Origin: a virus
Lineage: Duplodnaviria; Heunggongvirae; Uroviricota; Caudoviricetes
IMG/VR virus record: IMGVR_UViG_2698536480_000008
DNA length: 15,191 nt
Direction: 5' to 3' (one strand)
The notes below the pieces were generated by a model, which saw only the letters and a program-made list of their open reading frames with translations, made no database searches and was not told where the DNA came from. Positions 6,950-15,191 of this stretch are shown one piece after another. The position numbers and the translations under genes are program-made. Numbering within the stretch: position 1 is the stretch's first letter; each line of letters begins with the position of its first letter.

Positions 6950-7426
6950 ATGCTTAGTGGTAAAGACTTAGGCCGAGCGATAGAGCAGGCCATTAACAAA
7001 AAAATCGCATCGGGATCCGTCAAATCAAAGGCGGAGGTCGCACGCCACTTCAAAGTCCAACCACCATCAATTTATGACTGGATTAAGAAAGGCTCTATAA
7101 GTAAAGATAAACTTCCAGAATTATGGCGTTTCTTTTCTGATGTTGTTGGTCCAGAGCATTGGGGGCTTAACGAATACCCCATACCAACCCCCACCAATTC
7201 AGATACAAAAAGTGAACTTTTAGATATAAACAACCTTTATCAAGCAGCCTCTGATGAAATAAGAGCGATTGTAGCTTTCCTGTTATCTGGAAATGCTACA
7301 GAACCAGATTGGGTTGACCACGATGTTCGCGCCTACATAGCAGCGATGGAAATGAAAGTGGGTAAGTATCTGAAAGCTCTAGAATCTGAACGGAAAAGCC
7401 AGAACATCACAAAAACTGGAACTTAA
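6950..7426 (+). CDS. racR: Rac prophage repressor, 158 aa
   Basis: ATG at 6950 with an AGGAG ribosome-binding site (6934-6938); 158 aa with an N-terminal HTH (KAEVARHFKVQPPSIYDWIKKG). Divergent from the Cro-like gene; length matches RacR. Confidence 0.85.
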   Translation: MLSGKDLGRAIEQAINKKIASGSVKSKAEVARHFKVQPPSIYDWIKKGSISKDKLPELWRFFSDVVGPEHWGLNEYPIPTPTNSDTKSELLDINNLYQAASDEIRAIVAFLLSGNATEPDWVDHDVRAYIAAMEMKVGKYLKALESERKSQNITKTGT

Positions 7427-7499
7427 ACTTATATGGTCTGACGGAAAACTCCTGGATTCCGTTATTTAACCCCCCCATCACTTTCTGCTGTCGCCATCA

Positions 7500-7560
7500 C
7501 CTATTAGGTTACGCTCAAAACATTAGGCATAGCCTATTGACAATCAATTAGGCATTACCT
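7500..7560. promoter_or_regulatory. Second operator-like cluster downstream of racR and upstream of ydaG, sharing motifs with the ydaS/racR operators
   Basis: TTAGGCATAGCCTA inverted repeat (7523-7536), TTAGGC at 7549-7554, TTAGGT at 7505-7510, and GCCTATTGACAAT (7532-7544), which is the exact reverse complement of the 13-mer at 6875-6887. Confidence 0.35.
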
Positions 7561-7734
7561 ATAGTTCCAGCATACCACCCACCCCGCCCCACAGAACGCC
7601 GGGCAATACTTCGAGTTACCAGGCAGTGGTAAGGGGTTAAGTAGCCAGCCCGAGGCGTATGAACATGACGGCGGGATTCAAATTTTGCAGTGCAGCAGTT
7701 AGTTCCGCCACCCGGCGTTAAGGGGAGAGATAAG

Positions 7735-7869
7735 ATGGTGCATTACGAAGTAGTTCAGTATTTGATGGATTGTTGCGGTATCACTTACAACCAGGCTGTG
7801 CAGGCTTTACGCAGCAACGACTGGGATCTCTGGCAGGCAGAAGTCGCTATACGTAGCAACAAGATGTGA
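7735..7869 (+). CDS. ydaG: Small Rac prophage protein, 44 aa
   Basis: ATG at 7735 with a GGGGAGAG ribosome-binding site; MVHYEVVQYLMDCCGITYNQAVQALRSNDWDLWQAEVAIRSNKM. Below the ORF-track size cutoff; position (racR-proximal) and length fit ydaG. Confidence 0.6.
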   Translation: MVHYEVVQYLMDCCGITYNQAVQALRSNDWDLWQAEVAIRSNKM

Positions 7870-7879
7870 GATTCGCAAA

Positions 7880-8035
7880 ATGCAAAAAATCGACCTCGGC
7901 AACAACGAATCCCTGGTGTGCGGCGTGTTCCCCAACCAGGATGGAACGTTCACTGCCATGACGTATACCAAAAGCAAAACATTTAAAACCGAAACTGGTG
8001 CGCGCCGATGGTTGGAGAAGCACACAGTAAGCTAA
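7880..8035 (+). CDS. ydaF: Small Rac prophage protein, 51 aa
   Basis: ATG at 7880; MQKIDLGNNESLVCGVFPNQDGTFTAMTYTKSKTFKTETGARRWLEKHTVS. Its stop overlaps the convergent sieB stop. Position (sieB-proximal) and length fit ydaF. Confidence 0.6.
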   Translation: MQKIDLGNNESLVCGVFPNQDGTFTAMTYTKSKTFKTETGARRWLEKHTVS

Positions 8036-8520
8036 CGATTAAAACGTCTACTCCTGCTGTTCCAGAATAACTTCATAAAATGGGAGTATTTTTCGGTGAC
8101 GAGATAATAAGAACAGTTTGCGCTATCACTCTGATGTTGAATGATGCCCTTCCGTTCTAATTTTTTCATAACCGGGTTACGGCAAGGAGAAGTGATAATA
8201 AGATTTCCTGTTTTAAGGAAATCTTTAAATACAGCGATTTCTTTCTCAGATAAACGAAGCAATACTCGTTGCTCTGGTAGTAATGAATAATGCTTTTGAA
8301 TATGTGCTCGCAATCTTGAGAAGGAAATGGCGACCACGAAAGAAAAGGCAAAAACGATAATCTGAAAGAGCCAAGGTATTTCAGTATAAGCATTGAATGC
8401 GACAGTAAACTCTTTCGGTATCAGCCAGAGAGTGAGACCAAAAATGATAATCGTATACATAAGTCTTTCGAGTGGCTCGTTAGCAAAAAGTTTCAACAAT
8501 GGAGTAAATACATCCAACAT
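8032..8520 (-). CDS. sieB: Superinfection exclusion protein B, 162 aa, membrane protein
   Basis: Start at the internal ATG 8520..8518 (MLDVFTPLLKLFANEPLERLMYTIIIFGLTLWLIPKEF...), with hydrophobic helices. Length and sequence match Rac SieB as remembered. The 203-aa track ORF is an unsupported upstream extension. Confidence 0.85.
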   Translation of the reverse strand: MLDVFTPLLKLFANEPLERLMYTIIIFGLTLWLIPKEFTVAFNAYTEIPWLFQIIVFAFSFVVAISFSRLRAHIQKHYSLLPEQRVLLRLSEKEIAVFKDFLKTGNLIITSPCRNPVMKKLERKGIIQHQSDSANCSYYLVTEKYSHFMKLFWNSRSRRFNR

Positions 8521-8961
8521 ATCAATAACTCTCAACTGTAAGGGTATTGAAATGTTAACACAAGCTCTCGCTGTAGGGGTATAGCCGAGACCACCGAAGC
8601 CCGGAGGTGGTGAAATAAAACCGGGCACAACACGAAGGCGCATTTCCGATATCCATAAAGAGTCGGTCTTGTCTGTTAAATTTAAATGGTGGGAGTGCGC
8701 CTCCGGTTGTAAATAACGACATTGCTGTGTGTAGTCCTGGCGGCATCAGTTTTTTTCTTGAAGTTCGGCTGATGTCCGCCCTTTTTAAAGTGAATTTTGT
8801 GATGCGGTGAATGCGGCTAAGCGCACGTGGCACAGTTAAAAGTCATGTTAGTCCTTATTGGTTTGGGTGGGAAAGCCGACTGTAATTGTTAACTGGTTGC
8901 AGTCACCTGGAGGCACCAGACACCGCATCAACAAAGTTCATTTGTAAAAATGGAGATAATT

Positions 8962-9183
8962 ATGATTGCACATCACTTCGGAACTGATGAAATACCACGT
9001 CAGTGTGTGACTCCTGGCGATTATGTTCTTCATGAAGGCCGGACATATATTGCCTCGGCAAACAATATTAAAAAGCGAAAACTATATATTCGTAACCTGA
9101 CCACAAAAACATGCATTACTGACCGCATGATTAAAGTCTTCCTCGGTCGTGATGGTTTACCTGTAAAGGCGGAGTCATGGTGA
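8962..9183 (+). CDS. kilR: Rac prophage killing protein KilR (FtsZ inhibitor), 73 aa
   Basis: ATG at 8962 with GGAG 6 nt upstream; [73 protein letters not shown]. Divergent from sieB, as in Rac. Confidence 0.8.
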   Translation: MIAHHFGTDEIPRQCVTPGDYVLHEGRTYIASANNIKKRKLYIRNLTTKTCITDRMIKVFLGRDGLPVKAESW

Positions 9184-9353
9184 TGACTAAGAAAATAAAA
9201 TGTGCTTACCACCTTTGCAAAAAAGACGTTGAAGAAAGCAAAGCTATTGAAAGAATGCTTCACTTCATGCACGGGATTTTATCAAAAGACGAACCGAGAA
9301 AATATTGCAGTGAAGCTTGTGCCGAAAAAGACCAGATGGCACATGAACTTTAA
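9183..9353 (+). CDS. ydaE: Small Rac prophage protein YdaE, 56 aa, Cys-rich
   Basis: The ATG at 9183 overlaps the kilR TGA by 1 nt (ATGA); [56 protein letters not shown]. Not in the ORF track because it is under 60 aa. Confidence 0.65.
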   Translation: MTKKIKCAYHLCKKDVEESKAIERMLHFMHGILSKDEPRKYCSEACAEKDQMAHEL

Positions 9354-9427
9354 TTAATTGACTATTCGAAACTGAATTTATGCCAGAAATGGCAGGTATT
9401 CGCTCAACCTTAATTAAGGAGAAAAAC

Positions 9428-9703
9428 ATGATTACCAATTATGAAACCACTGTTGTAACTACCGATGACATTGTTCACGAGGTGAATCTGGAAGGAAAGC
9501 GCATTGGCTACGTAATTAAAACAGAAAATAAAGAAACCCCATTCACTGTGGTTGATATCGATGGTCCATCAGGCAACGTAAAAACACTTGATGAAGGTGT
9601 CAAAAAAATGTGCCTGGTGCATATCGGAAAGAATCTGCCCGCAGAAAAAAAAGCCGAATTTCTGGCAACTCTAATTGCAATGAAATTAAAAGGTGAAATC
9701 TGA
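9428..9703 (+). CDS. racC: Rac prophage protein RacC, 91 aa
   Basis: ATG at 9428 with an AAGGAG ribosome-binding site (9416-9421); MITNYETTVVTTDDIVHEVNLEGKRIGYVIKTENKE... Sits immediately upstream of recE. Confidence 0.8.
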   Translation: MITNYETTVVTTDDIVHEVNLEGKRIGYVIKTENKETPFTVVDIDGPSGNVKTLDEGVKKMCLVHIGKNLPAEKKAEFLATLIAMKLKGEI

Positions 9704-9708
9704 AAGAA

Positions 9709-9733
9709 ATAGCCTGCGTATGGCGCAGGCTAT
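9709..9733 (+). other. Perfect 10-bp-stem hairpin in the racC-recE intergenic region
   Basis: ATAGCCTGCG-tatgg-CGCAGGCTAT starting 6 nt after the racC stop. No U-tract follows, so it is not a canonical intrinsic terminator. Confidence 0.3.
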
Positions 9734-9804
9734 GAACAGTGTGTATCCGGCAAGATCATTCACTGAACAAAACGAATTTTAATCTGAGTTGAGGTTAAAA
9801 AACA

Positions 9805-12405
9805 ATGAGCACAAAACCACTCTTCCTGTTACGGAAAGCGAAAAAATCATCCGGTGAACCTGACGTCGTCCTGTGGGCAAGCAACGATTTTGAATCGACC
9901 TGTGCCACTCTGGACTACCTGATCGTTAAGTCAGGTAAAAAACTGAGCAGCTATTTTAAAGCTGTTGCCACGAATTTTCCTGTCGTTAATGACCTGCCCG
10001 CTGAAGGTGAGATCGATTTTACCTGGAGTGAACGCTATCAACTCAGCAAAGACTCCATGACATGGGAACTAAAACCGGGAGCAGCACCAGACAACGCTCA
10101 CTATCAAGGCAATACCAACGTCAACGGCGAAGACATGACTGAGATTGAGGAGAATATGCTACTCCCAATTTCTGGCCAGGAACTGCCCATTCGTTGGCTT
10201 GCTCAACACGGCAGCGAAAAACCGGTAACGCACGTTTCACGCGACGGACTCCAGGCATTACACATTGCTCGGGCTGAAGAACTACCGGCTGTTACTGCCC
10301 TGGCTGTTTCCCACAAAACCAGCCTGCTCGACCCGCTGGAAATTCGCGAACTCCACAAACTGGTTCGTGACACTGACAAAGTTTTCCCTAATCCTGGTAA
10401 TTCAAACCTGGGACTGATAACTGCTTTTTTCGAAGCATACCTGAACGCTGACTACACCGATCGAGGAGTGCTGACAAAAGAGTGGATGAAGGGTAATCGT
10501 GTTTCACACATCACTCGCACGGCTTCCGGTGCTAATGCTGGCGGCGGAAACCTCACCGATCGCGGCGAAGGTTTCGTACACGATCTGACGTCACTGGCGC
10601 GCGACGTAGCCACTGGCGTACTGGCCCGTTCAATGGATCTGGACATCTATAACCTTCATCCGGCACACGCTAAACGCATTGAGGAAATTATCGCTGAAAA
10701 TAAACCGCCCTTTTCTGTTTTCCGCGACAAATTCATCACCATGCCTGGCGGGCTGGATTATTCCCGCGCCATCGTGGTTGCGTCCGTAAAAGAAGCACCA
10801 ATTGGGATCGAGGTCATCCCCGCGCACGTCACTGAATATCTGAACAAAGTACTGACTGAAACCGATCATGCCAACCCTGATCCGGAAATCGTGGATATTG
10901 CCTGCGGTCGCTCCTCTGCCCCGATGCCGCAGCGAGTAACAGAAGAAGGAAAACAGGATGATGAAGAAAAACCGCAACCATCTGGAACAACGGCAGTTGA
11001 ACAGGGAGAGGCTGAAACAATGGAACCGGACGCAACTGAACATCATCAGGACACGCAGCCGCTGGATGCTCAGTCACAGGTAAATTCTGTTGATGCGAAA
11101 TATCAGGAACTGCGGGCAGAACTCCATGAAGCCCGGAAAAACATTCCATCAAAAAATCCTGTCGATGCCGATAAATTGCTTGCTGCATCACGTGGTGAAT
11201 TTGTTGACGGAATTAGCGACCCGAACGATCCGAAATGGGTAAAGGGGATCCAGACTCGCGATTGTGTGTACCAGAACCAGCCAGAAACGGAAAAAACCAG
11301 CCCAGATATGAATCAACCTGAGCCAGTAGTGCAACAGGAACCGGAAATAGCCTGCAATGCCTGCGGCCAGACTGGCGGGGATAACTGCCCTGACTGTGGT
11401 GCGGTGATGGGCGACGCAACATACTAGGAAACATTCGATGAAGAGAGTCAGGTTGAAGCTAAGGAAAATGATCCGGAGGAAATGGAAGGCGCTGAACATC
11501 CGCACAATGAGAATGCTGGCAGCGATCCGCATCGCGATTGCAGTGATGAAACTGGCGAAGTCGCAGATCCCGTAATCGTAGAAGACATAGAGCCAGGTAT
11601 TTATTACGGAATTTCGAATGAGAATTACCACGCGGGTCCCGGTATCAGTAAGTCTCAGCTCGATGACATTGCTGATACTCCGGCACTATATTTGTGGCGT
11701 AAAAATGCCCCTGTGGACACCACAAAGACAAAAACGCTCGATTTAGGAACTGCTTTCCACTGCCGGGTACTTGAACCGGAAGAATTCAGTAACCGCTTTA
11801 TCGTAGCACCTGAATTTAACCGCCGTACAAACGCCGGAAAAGAAGAAGAGAAAGCGTTTCTGATGGAATGCGCAAGCACAGGAAAAACGGTTATCACTGC
11901 GGAAGAAGGCCGGAAAATTGAACTCATGTATCAAAGCGTTATGGCTTTGCCGCTGGGGCAATGGCTTGTTGAAAGCGCCGGACACGCTGAATCATCAATT
12001 TACTGGGAAGATCCTGAAACAGGAATTTTGTGTCGGTGCCGTCCGGACAAAATTATCCCTGAATTTCACTGGATCATGGACGTGAAAACTACGGCGGATA
12101 TTCAACGATTCAAAACCGCTTATTACGACTACCGCTATCACGTTCAGGATGCATTCTACAGTGACGGTTATGAAGCACAGTTTGGAGTGCAGCCAACTTT
12201 CGTTTTTCTGGTTGCCAGCACAACTATTGAATGCGGACGTTATCCGGTTGAAATTTTCATGATGGGCGAAGAAGCAAAACTGGCAGGTCAACAGGAATAT
12301 CACCGCAATCTGCGAACCCTGTCTGACTGCCTGAATACCGATGAATGGCCAGCTATTAAGACATTATCACTGCCCCGCTGGGCTAAGGAATATGCAAATG
12401 ACTAA
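9805..12405 (+). pseudogene. recE: recE (exonuclease VIII) interrupted by an in-frame amber codon at codon 541 (TAG 11425-11427); otherwise a full-length 866-codon frame
   Basis: The 540-aa ORF (9805-11427) and the 307-aa ORF (11482-12405) are in the same frame, separated only by the TAG and 18 sense codons ([18 protein letters not shown]); 540+1+18+307 = 866, the RecE length. The downstream part holds the RecE nuclease domain and ends in ATGACTAA, overlapping the recT start. Confidence 0.85.
11482..12405 (+). CDS. recE: Possible C-terminal RecE fragment (307 aa, complete exonuclease domain) if translation reinitiates or the amber is suppressed
   Basis: In-frame ATG at 11482, but GGAGGA sits only 1 nt upstream, so initiation is doubtful. 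The fragment covers the C-terminal region known to suffice for RecE nuclease activity. Confidence 0.3.
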
Positions 12406-13207
12406 GCAACCACCAATCGCAAAAGCCGATCTGCAAAAAACTCAGGGAAACCGTGCACCAGCAGCAGTTAAAAATAGCGACGTGATTAGTTTTATTAACC
12501 AGCCATCAATGAAAGAGCAACTGGCAGCAGCTCTTCCACGCCATATGACGGCTGAACGTATGATCCGTATCGCCACCACAGAAATTCGTAAAGTTCCGGC
12601 GTTAGGAAACTGTGACACTATGAGTTTTGTCAGTGCGATCGTACAGTGTTCACAGCTCGGACTTGAGCCAGGTAGCGCCCTCGGTCATGCATATTTACTG
12701 CCTTTTGGTAATAAAAACGAAAAGAGCGGTAAAAAGAACGTTCAGCTAATCATTGGCTATCGCGGCATGATTGATCTGGCTCGCCGTTCTGGTCAAATCG
12801 CCAGCCTGTCAGCCCGTGTTGTCCGTGAAGGTGACGAGTTTAGCTTCGAATTTGGCCTTGATGAAAAGTTAATACACCGCCCGGGAGAAAACGAAGATGC
12901 CCCGGTTACCCACGTCTATGCTGTCGCAAGACTGAAAGACGGAGGTACTCAGTTTGAAGTTATGACGCGCAAACAGATTGAGCTGGTGCGCAGCCTGAGT
13001 AAAGCTGGTAATAACGGGCCGTGGGTAACTCACTGGGAAGAAATGGCAAAGAAAACGGCTATTCGTCGCCTGTTCAAATATCTGCCCGTATCAATTGAGA
13101 TCCAGCGTGCAGTATCAATGGATGAAAAGGAACCACTGACAATCGATCCTGCAGATTCCTCTGTATTAACCGGGGAATACAGTGTAATCGATAATTCAGA
13201 GGAATAA
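12398..13207 (+). CDS. recT: RecT single-strand annealing recombinase, 269 aa
   Basis: ATG at 12398 overlapping the recE stop; [35 protein letters not shown]... matches RecT. The track start at 12341 is an upstream extension. Confidence 0.9.
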
Positions 13208-13263
13208 TTCAGCCTGGCGGTGTAATGCACCGCCAACTTGAAATATTTTTTATGAGAAAAATT

Positions 13264-13458
13264 ATGAGATATGACAATGTTAAACCATGTCCATTTTGTG
13301 GTTGTCCATCAGTAACGGTGAAAGCCATTTCAGGATATTACCGAGCGAAGTGTAACGGATGCGAATCCCGAACCGGTTATGGTGGAAGTGAAAAAGAAGC
13401 ACTCGAAAGATGGAATAAACGAACCACTGGAAATAATAATGGAGGTGTTCATGTATAA
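13264..13458 (+). CDS. ralR: RalR (Lar) restriction-alleviation protein / type I toxin DNase, 64 aa
   Basis: MRYDNVKPCPFCGCPSVTVKAISGYYRAKCNGCESRTGYGGSEKEALERWNKRTTGNNNGGVHV from the ATG at 13264; Cys4 zinc-ribbon pattern; located between recT and ydaC. Confidence 0.8.
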   Translation: MRYDNVKPCPFCGCPSVTVKAISGYYRAKCNGCESRTGYGGSEKEALERWNKRTTGNNNGGVHV

Positions 13459-13660
13459 AATTACCGCCACTATTGAAAAGGAAGGTGGCACTCCTACTAA
13501 CTGGACAAGATATTCAAAATCTAAACTAACGAAATCAGAATGCGAAAAAATGCTCTCAGGTAAAAAAGAAGCAGGCGTTTCCAGAGAGCAGAAAGTAAAA
13601 CTGATAAATTTTAATTGCGCGAAACTTCAGTCCTCGAGAATTGCATTGTATTCAAATTAA
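13451..13660 (+). CDS. ydaC: Rac prophage protein YdaC, 69 aa
   Basis: ATG at 13451 with a GGAGGT ribosome-binding site (13441-13446), overlapping the ralR 3' end by 8 nt; MYKITATIEKEGGTPTNWTRYSKSKLTKSECEKMLSGKKEAGVSREQKVKLINFNCAKLQSSRIALYSN. Confidence 0.75.
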   Translation: MYKITATIEKEGGTPTNWTRYSKSKLTKSECEKMLSGKKEAGVSREQKVKLINFNCAKLQSSRIALYSN

Positions 13661-13671
13661 AACTTCATAGC

Positions 13672-13687
13672 TGATTATTAATAATCA
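13672..13687. promoter_or_regulatory. Perfect 16-bp palindrome TGATTATTAATAATCA upstream of xisR/intR
   Basis: Read directly; lies in the 78-bp gap between ydaC and xisR, about 50 bp upstream of the xisR start. Candidate protein-binding site controlling excision/integration genes. Confidence 0.3.
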
Positions 13688-13738
13688 ACATCGGGCGTCA
13701 ATTTCAGTCTAACATTGGCGCCTGCCAGAGGTGATGCG

Positions 13739-13954
13739 ATGGCACAAGTAATCTTTAATGAAGAGTGGATGGTTGAATACGGCCTGATGCTTCGCACTGG
13801 TCTGGGGGCCAGACAAATTGAAGCATACCGCCAGAACTGTTGGGTGGAGGGCTTCCACTTCAAACGAGTATCTCCTTTAGGTAAGCCAGACAGCAAACGA
13901 GGGATTATCTGGTACAACTATCCAAAGATAAATCAGTTTATCAAAGACTCATGA
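13739..13954 (+). CDS. xisR: Excisionase-like protein (XisR/YdaQ), 71 aa
   Basis: ATG at 13739 with an AGAGG ribosome-binding site; [71 protein letters not shown]. Immediately upstream of the integrase, with the stop 1 nt before the intR ATG. Confidence 0.8.
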   Translation: MAQVIFNEEWMVEYGLMLRTGLGARQIEAYRQNCWVEGFHFKRVSPLGKPDSKRGIIWYNYPKINQFIKDS

Positions 13955-13955
13955 T

Positions 13956-15191
13956 ATGTCTAAATTACCAACAGGTGTCGAGATTAGAGGTAGATACATT
14001 CGCATCTGGTTCATGTTTCGAGGAAAACGATGTCGGGAAACATTAAAAGGCTGGGAGATTACAAACAGTAATATTAAAAAGGCCGGAAATTTAAGAGCGC
14101 TGATAGTTCATGAAATAAACTCCGGTGAATTTGAGTATTTAAGACGTTTTCCCCAGTCCAGCACTGGGGCAAAAATGGTGACAACGAGAGTCATAAAAAC
14201 GTTCGGAGAGCTTTGTGATATCTGGACAAAAATTAAAGAGACAGAGTTAACAACAAACACAATGAAGAAAACGAAATCACAATTAAAAACACTCAGAATA
14301 ATAATTTGTGAAAGTACCCCGATATCACATATTCGTTATAGCGATATCTTAAACTACCGGAATGAACTGCTGCATGGAGAAACGCTTTACCTGGATAATC
14401 CAAGATCCAACAAAAAAGGAAGAACCGTGCGCACAGTTGATAACTATATCGCCCTGCTCTGTTCGCTGTTGCGTTTTGCGTATCAGTCGGGATTTATATC
14501 AACCAAACCATTTGAAGGAGTAAAAAAATTACAGCGAAACAGAATAAAGCCTGATCCGTTATCTAAAACAGAATTCAATGCATTAATGGAAAGTGAAAAA
14601 GGACAGAGCCAGAACTTGTGGAAATTTGCCGTTTACTCAGGACTTCGTCACGGGGAACTGGCAGCTCTGGCGTGGGAGGATGTGGATCTCGAAAAGGGAA
14701 TAGTGAATGTCAGAAGAAACCTGACGATACTTGATATGTTCGGTCCCCCAAAAACAAATGCCGGGATCCGAACAGTAACACTACTGCAGCCTGCTCTTGA
14801 AGCACTGAAGGAGCAATACAAACTGACCGGGCATCATCGCAAAAGCGAAATCACCTTTTATCATCGGGAGTACGGCAGAACCGAAAAGCAAAAACTGCAT
14901 TTTGTTTTCATGCCCAGGGTGTGTAACGGAAAACAAAAACCTTATTACTCGGTAAGCAGTTTGGGGGCAAGGTGGAATGCAGCAGTAAAACGTGCTGGTA
15001 TTCGCCGCCGTAATCCGTACCATACGCGGCATACTTTTGCCTGCTGGCTGTTGACGGCAGGAGCGAACCCGGCATTTATAGCCAGCCAAATGGGGCATGA
15101 AACTGCGCAGATGGTGTATGAAATTTACGGTATGTGGATTGATGACATGAACGACGAACAGATAGCCATGTTGAATGCGCGGTTATCGTAG
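13956..15191 (+). CDS. intR: Tyrosine site-specific integrase, 411 aa
   Basis: Full ORF with catalytic-domain motifs (RHGELAALAWEDVDL; HTRHTFACWLLTAG; YEIYG). Length and sequence match Rac IntR. The window ends at its stop codon, so the attachment site lies outside. Confidence 0.9.
   Translation: MSKLPTGVEIRGRYIRIWFMFRGKRCRETLKGWEITNSNIKKAGNLRALIVHEINSGEFEYLRRFPQSSTGAKMVTTRVIKTFGELCDIWTKIKETELTTNTMKKTKSQLKTLRIIICESTPISHIRYSDILNYRNELLHGETLYLDNPRSNKKGRTVRTVDNYIALLCSLLRFAYQSGFISTKPFEGVKKLQRNRIKPDPLSKTEFNALMESEKGQSQNLWKFAVYSGLRHGELAALAWEDVDLEKGIVNVRRNLTILDMFGPPKTNAGIRTVTLLQPALEALKEQYKLTGHHRKSEITFYHREYGRTEKQKLHFVFMPRVCNGKQKPYYSVSSLGARWNAAVKRAGIRRRNPYHTRHTFACWLLTAGANPAFIASQMGHETAQMVYEIYGMWIDDMNDEQIAMLNARLS

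Larger units (their letters stand above)
3659..15191. mobile_element. Rac-like lambdoid prophage segment (replication, immunity, exclusion, recombination, integration modules); the prophage probably extends left through the AT-rich cargo to at least the hok locus
   Basis: Contiguous synteny with the E. coli K-12 Rac prophage gene order (intR through ydaV), in reversed orientation. Confidence 0.85.

Noticed and set aside
8521-8643. N-terminal 41-codon extension of sieB (the 203-aa track ORF)
   Set aside because: The 162-aa product from the internal ATG at 8520 matches SieB in length and sequence; the extension is Gly/Pro-rich with no ribosome-binding site.
8950-8961. Upstream ATG (8950) giving a 77-aa KilR
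   Set aside because: It overlaps the GGAG ribosome-binding site that serves the ATG at 8962, and the 73-aa product matches KilR.
10452-11631. Minus-strand ORFs of 64-147 aa (10452-10646, 10630-11046, 10829-11191, 11188-11631, 11213-11434) inside recE
   Set aside because: All are antisense to the well-supported recE reading frame, lack ribosome-binding sites and have low-complexity or hydrophobic translations typical of shadow ORFs.
1-15191. CRISPR arrays, tRNA or rRNA genes, IS elements or transposases
   Set aside because: No regularly spaced direct repeats with unique spacers, no tRNA-like or rRNA-like sequence, and no transposase-like ORF or terminal inverted repeats flanking the AT-rich block were seen.

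Overview
This window is the early, immunity, recombination and integration arm of a Rac-like lambdoid prophage of Escherichia coli, in reverse orientation to the usual K-12 map, preceded by a ~3.2 kb AT-rich cargo block and the end of a hok toxin gene. All calls rest on reading the six-frame translations against remembered protein sequences and motifs; no database search was possible. The prophage backbone (about 3.66-15.19 kb) carries, on the minus strand, two hypothetical proteins, a DnaC-like loader (ydaV), ydaU and a Cro-like ydaS, and on the plus strand racR, ydaG, ydaF, kilR, ydaE, racC, recE, recT, ralR, ydaC, xisR and intR, with sieB on the minus strand between ydaF and kilR. Two backbone lesions stand out: recE is split by an in-frame amber codon (11425-11427), and the ydaS 3' end plus most of ydaT appear deleted, leaving a ydaT 3' remnant. 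The most interesting part is the AT-rich block (about 0.45-3.65 kb): a Q-type antiterminator homologue convergent with a two-gene operon of unknown function, a 352-aa soluble protein overlapping a 477-aa protein with C-terminal transmembrane helices. I could not assign this operon to any named system and propose it as a candidate undescribed phage-defence or abortive-infection module. No rRNA, tRNA, CRISPR array or transposase was seen.
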